Below are positions 40,546 to 51,607 of a stretch of DNA of 64,000 bases, one piece after another. The notes beneath the pieces were generated by a model. It worked only from the letters and a program-made list of their open reading frames with translations, did not search any database and was not told the origin of the DNA. Origin of the DNA: Oikopleura dioica (taxonomy: Eukaryota; Animalia; Chordata); NCBI GenBank assembly GCA_907165135.1, contig OU015569.1, forward strand, positions 6,076,001-6,140,000, in the 5' to 3' direction. A program made the position numbers and the translations under genes. Position 1 is the stretch's first letter. Each line of letters begins with the position of its first letter.

Positions 40546-41698
40546 GCAGTAAGTTATCGTGCAGAATCTCTTAATTATGTTTGTACAGGGTGACACCTGT
40601 AGTTATTATTCACTATTCATGTCACCTGCATTTCATAGCGTTTCTACGTCGGAAAACTAAGTTTCTTTCAGCCTCACCTATGAATATATATATATCTTGA
40701 CCTTGTTCCCTTCACAAACAAGGACTTATTTTGACCTGACAATAGTGAACTGTAACACTAGCGGCAGGCGGAAAATTTCAGACACGATGTTGTTTTTATT
40801 TTATTTTACCCAGCTACACACAAAACAAGTCCGAGCATCAATTCAAAATTTTTTCGCTTATAAACTGCGAGTACTTTCAACATTTTTAAGGCAGCAAGGT
40901 CAACAATGCTTTTCAGTCAAAATTTTTTAATATTAGAGATTCAGTGAATGATGAAGTCATAGCTCTGGATTTTTACTGTTCCCTTGGCGATGATGCGTAG
41001 GCCTACACTTTTGTTCAAAACGTAAAGTATAAAGTAAATCGCCTACGTATGATTTTGTGCACTTTTTCCTCTCAAATTGATGTATTCAAAAAATATCATA
41101 TCTGCAGCATAAAAAAAAAGATCTCACGGTTACATCAATTAATCGCTGAAATACTTCGCTACCGCAAAAATCTCGATGTTGTCACGATTATGTGGCTTTG
41201 GTCGCTTCTGGTAAAAGTGTTTTTTGAAAATGTTCCCGTAGCGTATTTTTTCTCCTGGAACGGTTGAAATTTCTTAGCGGATCTTTTTCTCAATTTCGAT
41301 AAGACGGCGTCATTACTTCTACTATTTTATTGCAAGCTTTCACGCACTTTCAAGTGTTTTTTATCAGTCATTAATCCTTCTGAAGGGCAACTTGAAAAAT
41401 TCATGGGATAATTATGTAGTAATCCATCTGATACACCATTGATTAAAAAAAAGTAGGCTTCAAACATGCTTTACTGAAAACTATTGGAGAGATAACTCGC
41501 CAGCTCAATGATCTCTGTTAAACTAACGCTCTTCTCCTGATTTTGTTAAAGTTGAAATTCTGAAAAAAAGTATGTTCGACACATTAACTGCCAAATTCTC
41601 AATAAAAATCTCGTACACATTTGAATCGTTTGAATTTATTTATGGAGGTTATCGCATGAACATCGAGAAAATGGAGTTAAGAGCAAGTAGTTAGACAA

Positions 41699-43337
41699 TC
41701 ATACCTCCTTGCAAGCTTCGCATGCATGTGGCTGTTCAAGAAAAGAGTGAGCCTGGCGTTCATGTCTCTTTAAATCTTTCTTCCAGATGAATCCATTTTT
41801 GCAAATGCCGCCTTCAGATTAAAATTTGAGAAGGATCACAGGTGCAAGCAACATACATGTAAGTTGGATAATCATTTCGATTATGTTTGTTGGCGATATG
41901 AACTTTCAGATCGGCTTTTCGAGCATAGTAGACAACATTTGTGCACACAGTGCCTCCCTAGATAACTCAGTCAGGTTTTAGCTTGAAGAGGCAGACACTT
42001 ACATTCAAAGTGACTCTCTGCGATGTGAACCTCAAGTTCAAGTCTTGATTGAAATCGTATTCGACAGCATTTAAAGTCAGTAGTTATTGGATCCTTATGC
42101 TGCGTCAAAACATGTCGATTGAGCTCAAATTTTCTTCCGAAGCTCTTTTTGCAATGATGACCTAGAGACGTGAAGGCTACTCAGAGTTCATGGCTGACTC
42201 AGATACGAATTTCGGAGCAGTTTTTGTATGTTTGAGTGAAACATGGAGTTTCAAGTCGGCCTTCTGCTTGTAGCGTGTACCGCAGTAACTACAAGCAAAC
42301 GGTTTAATGTCCAGATGCACATTTAGATGTCTCTGTAAACGGATCACTTTCTTGAAATTAAAACCGTGAAATAACTCTACAATAATATACGAAATCCCGC
42401 TCTTCAAGCGTTGCGCATTGAACCCAACAAAATCACAAATTGTACAAACAGGTTTTTTTTAAGACAGCTCCTCAGCTGTGGAGCGGTTTTCAGTATCTTT
42501 GAATAAAGATATTTCAATTATCTCTTTTGCATCACGTAGGGGAGGGTCCATAGTGTGTTAAATAAGCTTTTGGTGTCTTCATCTTAATCGGTGGTGGAGT
42601 AATGACGTCATTATTCCGTCATTCTGCCTCTTTTGTCCACGGCACCAAAAAATTGAAAAGTGGTAAAAAGCGATAGACTCATGTTCATTTCGCACAGAGA
42701 TCTTCGTCACATCAGTATCAAGTATTTCTGATGTGTTCTGGTGTCAGCACCAATGTTAGTGGTGGAGTAATGACGTCATCGCCAATCTTTCCTATGATTT
42801 TAGTGTATTTTTGACTATCTGATTACTCCACCACCACTGATGGTATTGACACCAAATCCTTATTTAACACACTACAGACGTTCTCTGATAAGATACAAAA
42901 GAGAGAATAAAAAAATCTCGACTCTAAGGTTTTCAAAATCGCTCCACAGTTGAGGAGCTGTCTTAAAAAAAAACCTGTTACACTTGTATGTTTCTGCCAT
43001 AGGATCATCAAATACGCCCTCAGAAGTATTCGAAGAAGATGCCGATTCAGAATTATTTTTAACATAAGTTCGAGGAACTGATGGGTGATTTTTGCTGGAA
43101 ACTCAACGACGCCTCAGACAATTGTATTGTTTGAACCGGCGCAGGCTTAGCCGATATGCGAAGGAGAAAGGCTTTCAACTCATTGGCAACAAATGCTTTG
43201 ATCTTCTCGATTTCGCTTGTACTATCGACTAACTCGCTCTCTGGAACCCAAGATGGATTGTCAATGCCCTTCAGTACGACCAGATAATCTTTTTTCTGAT
43301 TCGCCTCTCGCACGTCGATAACTTTTCCAAATTTCAT
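41699..43337 (-). CDS. Chromo-like domain plus multiple C2H2 zinc fingers; this allele is interrupted by a MITE in the first finger
   Basis: N-terminal KVIDVRE..KDYLVVLKGIDNPSWVPESEL; fingers YKCTICDF...RHLNVH, FACSYCGTRY...LHVSLKH, CKKSFGRKFELNRHVLTQH and others. Confidence 0.7.
42447..42978. mobile_element. MITE (532 bp) with about 45-bp terminal inverted repeats and a 3-bp target-site duplication
   Basis: TIR AACAGGTTTTTTTTAAGACAGCTCCTCAGCTGTGGAGCG and its near-perfect reverse complement at 42934-42978; ACA duplicated at 42444-42446 and 42979-42981; three internal TGGTGTC..GTGGTGGAGTAA repeats (two direct, one inverted); no transposase ORF. Confidence 0.9.
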
Positions 43338-44058
43338 TTTCAACGATCAGAGTCAGGGGAGAACAAAAAGTTTGCTGTGACAGTCATTCTTAACGCAAAC
43401 CGGAGAATTAGCGAAGACAGCCAGAGCGACTACATCTCAGAGGACCTCTTCAATTTGATAAAAAATGAGGAAAAACGTCAAAGGAATTTGAATTGTCATA
43501 TTTTATTCTCGGTTATTTGGTTTCATTAAAAAGGTGTAGGGCATGCTTGCTCTGTAAGGGGTCAAGATGAGAAAAATAATCCTATGTAGACTTTGGTGAT
43601 GCACCTGGTTGGTTAATATATGAACGAAGATGGGGAAAAGGGTCGGTTGGCACGGTGGCGAGTGTTTTAGGTTACGATTTTGTCGGTTTTTTTATTTGTA
43701 CAATGAGTCCTAATAAAATAATAAGAAAAGGTTGTGGAGGAATTTTGAAAAGTGATATCTGTGATTAGACTTTTTATTTTTCTTCGAACAGACGCCACCA
43801 TGAGAGATGAGAGGAGTTGAACTTTGAGACGAACAAAAATGCACAAAAAGGCTAAATCACAAAATTCGCCGTGGCCGCGTATAATGTTTTGATGGTTTTG
43901 TTGGATGCCTTCCAGTTCAAATTTGAGGCGTCTGGATCCTCTGGAAATATTCTTAACATCGGGCAAACACTACAAATTTGAAGGTGAAAACATCCAAGGG
44001 CCTCCAGCGTAGAAAAGGGAGCCGATTTTCGATGAGGAAGGAGCTTCTTGAGTTGGAC

Positions 44059-45013
44059 TTATGATGTTTTGGCCATGTTCTTGACAGACATGAGGGCCTC
44101 CTTGCCGATGGCCTAAAAATAAACGTTATAACCATGATTAAAGTGATAACAAAGGAAGGAACTTTTTGGATGTCGGAAATGTATCATTAATTTAGTCTCG
44201 AGACGGTACATAAAAACCGGCTCAAGGTGGAAAAATTGAGTTCATCTACCACCCGTCAATTAACTTGCACAACATGGAAACGCACGAGTTACTCAAAAAA
44301 CGAGTGGACGAAAGAGAGAAAAAGGACTTGGCGATCGAGGGCACTTACGGAAAGAACGCAGACGAGGGCGTCTTCTTCAGCATCAATCTTGGCCTGGATC
44401 TCTTTTCGGACTTCGGGGTCGATAGCCTGGAGATCGTCTCGGGTTTCACCCTGATCGTCCATGAGGGTGACGAAACCTTCTTCGTCCATGTCGATAAGCT
44501 GCAATTCAGTTCGCTTGACGATTGGGCACTCCATGTTGTGGGTGGAGGGGCAGATATCTTCAAGCTTCTTGCCATCTAAGCGAATTCGTTAGGAAACTTT
44601 TGATTAAAATGAAGTTGAGGTGGAAAAAAACGAGTTGAATGTCTCGGGTGATTAGTATCAGAAAGGCACTAGGAGCCTCACCAATGTGGAAAGCAGGAAA
44701 TTACTATTGGCCGCAGATTAAGCGCACAAAAGAACTGATTTTTTTGATGAGCGCGGAGTATTAAATCCACGGCCGGAAATGATTAATTCGAAATACATGG
44801 AAAAAAGGGCTTACCGAAGATGTCGAGAGCGACCATGTGGACTTTAGCGTGGCCGTGCTTGCCAGTCTTGGAGGTGGACATATCGACGATCTTGCAGGCT
44901 TTGCCCTTGATCATGACGAATTCACCCTTTCGGAGAGCAGAGCACTGCTTTGGGTAGGTGAGGGAAGCTCCGGACTGCGTTCCTTCGAATTCGTAATCTT
45001 CGTGATCCGACAT
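44059..45013 (-). CDS. EIF5A: Translation factor eIF5A
   Basis: [14 protein letters not shown], hypusination site [22 protein letters not shown]; last exon [17 protein letters not shown]. Confidence 0.97.
44177..44307 (-). ncRNA. Intronic box H/ACA snoRNA (eIF5A last intron), predicted 18S pseudouridylation guide
   Basis: 131 nt hairpin-H(AGATGA 44247-44242)-hairpin-ACA(44182-44180); both pockets sit exactly 14 nt from their boxes and are complementary to conserved 18S motifs. Confidence 0.85.
44637..44774 (-). ncRNA. Intronic box H/ACA snoRNA (eIF5A first coding-region intron), paralogous 3' pocket
   Basis: 138 nt; 9-bp basal stem GGCCGTGGA/TCTGCGGCC, H box ATAGTA (44707-44702), ACA (44642-44640), pocket TTCCAC/ACTAA 14 nt from ACA. 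Confidence 0.8.
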
Positions 45014-46119
45014 GGTTACCTTCTGAAAGAGGGGAAATTAGTATTTCTCTCGGCGTCTTCTTTTTATGAAAATGGATTCTTTTATATAGGGAAAAATCAA
45101 CCCCATAAGGGTTCATTTTTTCCAACTCGATTGTCGAGTCCCAAAAACCTACTGTGAAAAGGGGAAAATATAAGAAAAAGAAATTCTCGAAAAATGACAA
45201 AACCTTTTAGCCAAATTTCGCTAGTAACGGTAATTGAAGGTAAAGGCAGTGAGTGGAGATTGTCGACTGTAAGGTTAAAAATGAGTAGAATTGAATGCAA
45301 GTGCAAATTGAATTTATTTTTCAAGCGCTTACCTTCGACAAGATCCGTTGTTTAGATAGATAAAAAATGTGGCTCGCTATTGGTTCGCTTGAACTGTGCG
45401 GAAAACTGGGGCAGTGAGGTACGGTGTTGTGGGGCGGTGGTGTGATGCATAAAACAGGCGAGATTAAAATGAAACGAAGTTAAAACAGATGAGGAGGGGA
45501 GGTAGGGCGGTGAAGATATGAAGGTTCGTTGCATAAAATAACGTGTAGATAGGTGCGTTTTTGGACTGAGAAGGTAAGGCAGGGCGGGGTGGTGCTCCTC
45601 AGCTGATTGGAGGGCGACGTGAAATTTCTCTGTAACTGGGGAAAACCATAATCTAGCGGATAGTGACACACGTGAGGAATGGAGCAACGTTTAGCTGCGC
45701 GCGAGCGGCCAATGATTCGCGCGGGCGGAGCTTCGTAGGCGCCGAGATCAAAACCAAGCACGACTTGAAGTGATGTAAGCACGCACTCACGCAACTCCCC
45801 GACGCCAAATACCTGAAAGGGAAATCTGAATGTCAATTTATCTTTCTCTTTAAATTTGAAAATTATTCGTTGGCTTTTATGCGTCATTTTATCCTCTTCC
45901 CCACTATTTTTCAAAAATTCGTGAAGCTTCCACCGAAGGAATAATGCTTGAGAAAAATTCTCCCTTTCTTATTGGCTAGAAAGCCATGGGAAACTGCGTT
46001 GCAAATTAGGAAGGCGGAGATCAGGCGCCTTCAGAACTCACTCGGGCCACACGCAGTGCTGAGAAGTTGTTACCTCAAAATTGACGCGCTGAGTGATTGA
46101 TTACCCTCTCCTTGATTAC

Positions 46120-48424
46120 CTAACGATCGTCGGAGTCGCGTCGTCGTCGCCGGAAGTTGTCGGAAGAGTACGAGTTGCGGCTGGAGCGAGTGCAGTGCTC
46201 GCCTCGGAAGTCACGCCGCATCGAGCCGCCACTGAAGCCGCGTCTTTCGCCGAAGGATGAGTGATCTCGATCGTCTCTTCTTTCTGTTCCTTGGTACCGG
46301 TTCGACTCGAACCTTGAACCTAGGAAAATGGCTCTAGAAGCTCGGAGGACCTTTTCTTTACCTTTGAATCGACCAAAGTTTCGATCGTCTCTCCTTAGAG
46401 TCGAGAAAGGACGGTCGTCGGTCCTTTCCCGATCTCCGTAATTCCGGCCGGAATTGTTGTAAACTCGAACTTCCCTCTCAGAATCGTTGCGATTTTCGTG
46501 CGTTCGAAATTCTTGACGAGAGTCGCTCCTCTCCGTTCGATCGTCCTTTCGGCGGAAGACTTCGCGATCGGAGTCGCGATTCGACTCGCGGCTGTCTCTT
46601 CGGAAGCGGCCATCCCTGTTCATGTGTCGGAGATAGCTGCCGGAGGAGTGTCGGCCTCGCTCGCCACTGTGATAGAATGCGCTCAGCCGATTTCGGTTGT
46701 TATTCCGGTCCGAGAGGGAGCTATATTCTTCTCGAAATCGACGCTCAATCACAAAAGACAGTACCTTTTAAACGGTCGAGCCGGGCCAGGCTTATCCTTT
46801 TCTCCCCTGGAGGAAAGCGAACTTTTCCTCGATCTATCAGAACTTTGACCATCCTCGCGTGGAACTGACTTGCGCAGACATGATTTAAGCTGCATCTCCG
46901 TTGTAGATGGAGGCTCGCTCTCGACCTTAGATAGATTTGGCGAGTTGGCGGACGAAGACACAGCATCCCAGGGAGTGTCGCTACTTCTATCAACGCGCAC
47001 TTGATTGAAGAGGCAGCCTTGACTCGTCACAGGAGTTGTATCCATAGCACAATTGCGTCCCGGAGAAGCTGGCGGTTCCGTTTTTACGAGTTCGTCATCC
47101 TCGTCGCTGCTCCAAGATTGTTTCTTCTGTTTCTTGAGGCAAGACGGTCTTGGCTTCGGCTCCGCCACCGTCGGACTAAACGAACCGCCTTCGTAAACGA
47201 AAGTCATCTCCGGGGTTGCTTCCTCCGACTCGCTGCTTGTAGATGAGTCCCTCTTCTTTCTGATATAGGATTAGAAAACAGGCACTCTAGTTTAAGAGTT
47301 ACCCTTTGAATGCGTCTATAAGAAATAGACGCCGTCGGGCAGGGCTTTCTTCCCCAAGTGCGCGCCCTCGCTGACCTGAGCCAGGAGTGGAAGAGAGCCC
47401 TTCTTTTTTGCTTTTCGGGGTCAATTGATCGTAGACGGAAAAGCGCGATGGCTGAGAGTTCTTTGGGGATCCGTTGCCTCTACCGTTCGTGGAAGAGTCA
47501 AACGAGCTGAACATCTCGTCCTTTTCCTTTTCCGGAAGTTCGAAATGGTCTCTGGCGAGTGTGGCATCGGCGTCTTTATTGAAAAATTAGTAGAGATCTT
47601 TGTAACTTATTCATAAGAGAAACACCTTATTAGAAAATTATGTTATTGAAATTCTCAACACTCTGGAATACCTTGTGCACGAGAGTTTCAATTTTGATTT
47701 TGCAAGCATTTAAACCGCCAAAAATATTTGATAGATTTGACGGAGTTTTGAACTTGCGTAATTTGAAAATCGATTATCAGAGATTGTACCCGGTGAATTT
47801 ACCTTTTTCTGGTTCTTGAATAACAAGACGAGGAGATAGGGAGTCATTCTCGGTCGAGTCTTCAGGGACACTCGCGAAATCGAGCGACTTCGGTTCGACA
47901 GGTTGTCGCCTCTCGGCGTCATCGGCTGGGGGAAGTGGTATCTAATGTCTCGTTAGAAATGCTAATTAACACTTATTTAAACTTACGTCTGCCGGGTCGA
48001 TTGTCGCAGGTGCCTGCACCTCTTCCCTGTTTGGAAGATAAGTTCCAGTGTTACGTCCAATGTAATTGGGTGTTGTTCCAGGCTCAGGACAAGGTAGAAG
48101 GGGGAAATCAAGGATATCAAGTGGTCCGTCTACGTTGTTGATGCGCCCCATTCTGGCCACGAGCGCCACTCTTTGACCCAAATAATCATCTTGGTTATGT
48201 GGTTCGTATTCAGCTTCCAGAGAGTCGTTGATGTGGAAGTTTTCCAATTCTTCTCCTTCATCGACGTCGCCGGCAAAAACTGTAGGTCGACCAACCCGGA
48301 CATCTTCGAACTCGTGCGCGTGATCTTGGAGAACGAAGTTCATATAGCGCCTCACTTCATCCAGTCGAAGACGGGTGTTCAAAGCGACGGCGATGATGAG
48401 CCTAGTCGGTTCCTCATGCTCCAT
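46120..48424 (-). CDS. Unknown, largely disordered protein(s) with an R/D/S/G-rich C-terminus; may be one or two genes
   Basis: Several long ORFs linked by short GT-AG introns; acceptor before the ATG at 48424. Exon phases not fully reconciled. Confidence 0.4.
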
Positions 48425-48638
48425 GGCATAAGACTTACGAAAAACCGTGTCTGAAAAAACATGCATCAGAAAAGAGTTATTAAAAAACTATGATTTTAGA
48501 ACTATAAAAATATAATAATTTCAAGACGAATACATGAATGAGAACGGGGGTTAACAAGATGCAAAAAGAGTGAATGAATGAAAGAACTCTTTTTGATTGG
48601 ATGTTGTTGAAAATTGTGAAGAGTGCAGAGCGGCGACT

Positions 48639-49097
48639 TTACTCGTTGGGATTTTGAATGACGATCAGAAGGAACTCTTTTTCTGAAGAGAAAGATGTTG
48701 AGAAATGATTGATAAAGGAGGACGATACCTGGAGCGATGATGATTTCGTACTTTTTACTTCGAACTCTAACGAATGTCAGATCGTTCTGAGGGTCAATAT
48801 CACGGACCTTAAGTTCTTGCTTAGTATTGGCTCTCTTTGTCGGTAAGCAGATCAGTAGACTCTAATGATGAGAGAGAAAGACTTACGACAGATCGCGCTT
48901 TAGCAGCGAGTTGTGTGATAAGACCGGCGTACTGGACGGTGGTAGAGTTATCCAAAGTGGTTCTCATTGGAATGCCTAAATAGGAATGATTTAAATGCAT
49001 CGAGGAATCCAGTTTTACCTTCTTTGTCGATAACGATCAAGCCAGTGACGCCCTTGTGTGACTGGAGACGCTTGATGGTTTCATCAACTTCCGACAT
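48639..49097 (-). CDS. DYNLRB: Dynein light chain roadblock
   Basis: [57 protein letters not shown]; four exons, absent from the ORF track. Confidence 0.95.
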
Positions 49098-49188
49098 TTT
49101 TGAGTTCCTGTCTTACCAGTCTGAAATACGATTGGATAAACACAGGATAACCTTTCACATTGTCTATTTGCACTGAAAAAGGAACTTT

Positions 49189-49585
49189 TTACTTCTGAGC
49201 AGCTCGCTTCTGGGAGGCGAGGACGGCAGAGGCCTTCTTGACGGCAGCTCGCTAAAAACAGCTATAAGGACGATGTTCTAGAAATGCGAGTACTCACGGT
49301 CTGGTCCTTTCGGAAAGCACCCTGCTTGGCAACGTTTCGAATAGATTTGAAGGTCTTTCGGGAGCTCTTCTTCATGGTAGTGTTCAATTTGCCGGCGGAG
49401 AAGTTGACGCCACCTTCGGCATTAGCAGAGACCTTGAGGCCTCGCTGTTCAACGAGAGTATTGAATCGGAGAGACTTTCGGCCGTTGAGGTGGCCAGGCT
49501 CCTTGGTCCAGGTTCGTCCAGCCCGCTTGATGTCGAAGGCGGAGAACTTGTTGATGATGGCCCACTGAAGATGAGAAGTAGACAT
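49189..49585 (-). CDS. RPL28: 60S ribosomal protein L28
   Basis: MSTSHLQWAIINKFSAF, WTKEPGHL, SLRFNTLV, C-terminal AAVKKASAVLASQK. Confidence 0.85.
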
Positions 49586-49769
49586 GATATCCGAGTTCAA
49601 GACTAAAAAAAGATGCGCGTTAAAAGAGTCAATCTACGTTAAGAATATCAGTAATATTAACTTATATCGACTGAACTTGAAGAAGGGATTTTTAAACGGT
49701 TAATCGAAATAATAAGGAGAAATAAATTATCAGTTAGATCAATTGTTTAGGCCAGAGGTTTTCGCAGAA

Positions 49770-51327
49770 TCAGGAATCTTTTAACGATGCAAAATACCGC
49801 TTGCTCGCTTCGTATGAGCCCATCATAATCGCACAAGCAGGGACAACTTTCATCAAACGTGGAGAGAACCCGCGGAAAAAGCCTCGCGTTCCATTTTCTT
49901 CCTTGATAAGACGAGCGATTGTGGATATACTCGGACTTTTGGTCATATCTGAGCCAAGCATCGTTTGTTGCCGTGTTTTGATAACATCGAATGGCTGATA
50001 GTTTATGACTTATTCCAAAATGAATGAGGTTCAAAGACTTACAAGAGTGAGAATGCCTGCGATTGCCGCTGCACAGGAAGCGCACACCAAATTTCTCGTG
50101 TGAAATGAGTCAATCGGCAGTTGCGTTTTCAAGCTTTCGTAGATGCCAAAGTAGAGGGCAGAGAACGGGACATCGCGGAGGAGTGTAGCGCTGAAACCAA
50201 TGCCAAGGGTGCGCCATCCTTGAGCACGAAACGTTCTTCCAAAGAGTGAGGTAGTTGCACCCCACGTTAACCCGTCGACTTGCATTCGCGTCCGAATCAT
50301 TTCCATCGGAGATACTGAAATGATATTAGGTTTTAAAAAATATAAATTCGGGTATGATGATTTAAAAGCGTTGATTCCTACCTATAACAGTTGTAAGAGT
50401 TCTTGCAGCAGCGCCACCGAAAAATGGAGCGATGTCGAGATAGGTTTCCGGTAGATAACTCTCAAACAGATCGCGAAACTGCTCGAACGAGGTAAAGTAC
50501 AGGATTGTAGCGGGAAAAGCCATCACCATCGTTGCGGGGAGTCCAGACCACAAGCTAGCAATACCTTCAGTTCGGGCTAGATGTGCCATCAAACGGAACG
50601 GATTAGACTCGCCAACTGGACATGAGATCGCTCTTAGGTACCTAAGTACAAATAAGAAAGTTGAAAAAAATTATGAAGAGTATGCTAGGAATAGAACGAA
50701 ACTGTCGGGACCATTGGAGACAGAAGCCGCAAGGAGCGCGATCTCCTGAACTATGAGGGACCTTTTTTCTTTACGGATGTTTCAAGCAGGCATGGAAAAT
50801 GAGATTCTGCTAACAAGACGTAAGCGTTCTCCCAGATTAGACCGTCAATTTGACGACCACGCTTCACTTTAAAAAGTGAGAAAGATCCATCCGAAATGGC
50901 TCAACCAAAACTGCAAAGAATGAAACTCACCAAGGTTTAGAGGCGACTGGCCGGTATGTGTCCGTTGAATGAGCGCATTCTTTGAAAGAATTAGGTCTGG
51001 AAAGACGAGGTGTCGTGCCCAGCCGAAGAAGGCATTCAGCAGAAGCTCGCGAACATTCAATTGCTTTTTTACCTTTCGGGTCTTGGCAACAGAGGATATG
51101 ATCCATGAGGCCATTGCAGAATGGGATTACTTGCGGTTTCAATCCCTTTTTGAGTCGACCACTCTGCAAGCGAACTGAAGGAATTATTAATATCCTGAAC
51201 ATCAGAGATCAGAAGGACCTTTTATGACGTCGAATGGCGTCATTGTCAGGGCTGTGATAGTCGCGCCCGACATCGATGCCAGCATCTGCTCCTTTGGCTC
51301 TAACCTAGGCCTAGGGTCGCGACGCAT
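49770..51327 (-). CDS. Mitochondrial carrier SLC25A39/SLC25A40 (glutathione transporter family)
   Basis: MTPFDVIKVRLQ, CNGLMDH motif, EGIASLWSGLPAT, RDVPFSALY, GFSPRLMKVVPACAIM. Confidence 0.9.
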
Positions 51328-51607
51328 TCTGAAATTCATGTCGGATTAAGATCTGGCGCGTGGAATAGACATGTAACATGTATAGTAACTGTATACTAAC
51401 TCGGGCAGTGACATAAGGTAGTCAAATGACTTTGAACTTTTTTAAAAACTAGAATGATTGACGAACAATATTTTAAGGTTGGTCAATCATTTTAGCGTGA
51501 TTTTTTGTTTTTGACAATTCCCAAAACAAGTCCAGGAGAACTTGGAATATTGGTTTAGAAGAATCCTGTTGTGAATTCCCAGAAGTCAGGGTCGAGTGGT
51601 AAAAATC

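Noticed and set aside
42447-42978. MITE acting as a newly gained intron
   Set aside because: GT donors exist at the 5' junction, but every nearby AG gives a frameshift or meets an in-frame TAA in the TIR.
45085-45150. Two compact hairpins in the eIF5A 5' UTR intron as a third snoRNA
   Set aside because: Hairpins are too short, lack pseudouridylation pockets, and only an AUA-type box is present.
48320-48424. Forkhead/winged-helix similarity in RLIIAVALNTRLRLDEVRRYM
   Set aside because: Only a vague helix pattern; no downstream forkhead signature.
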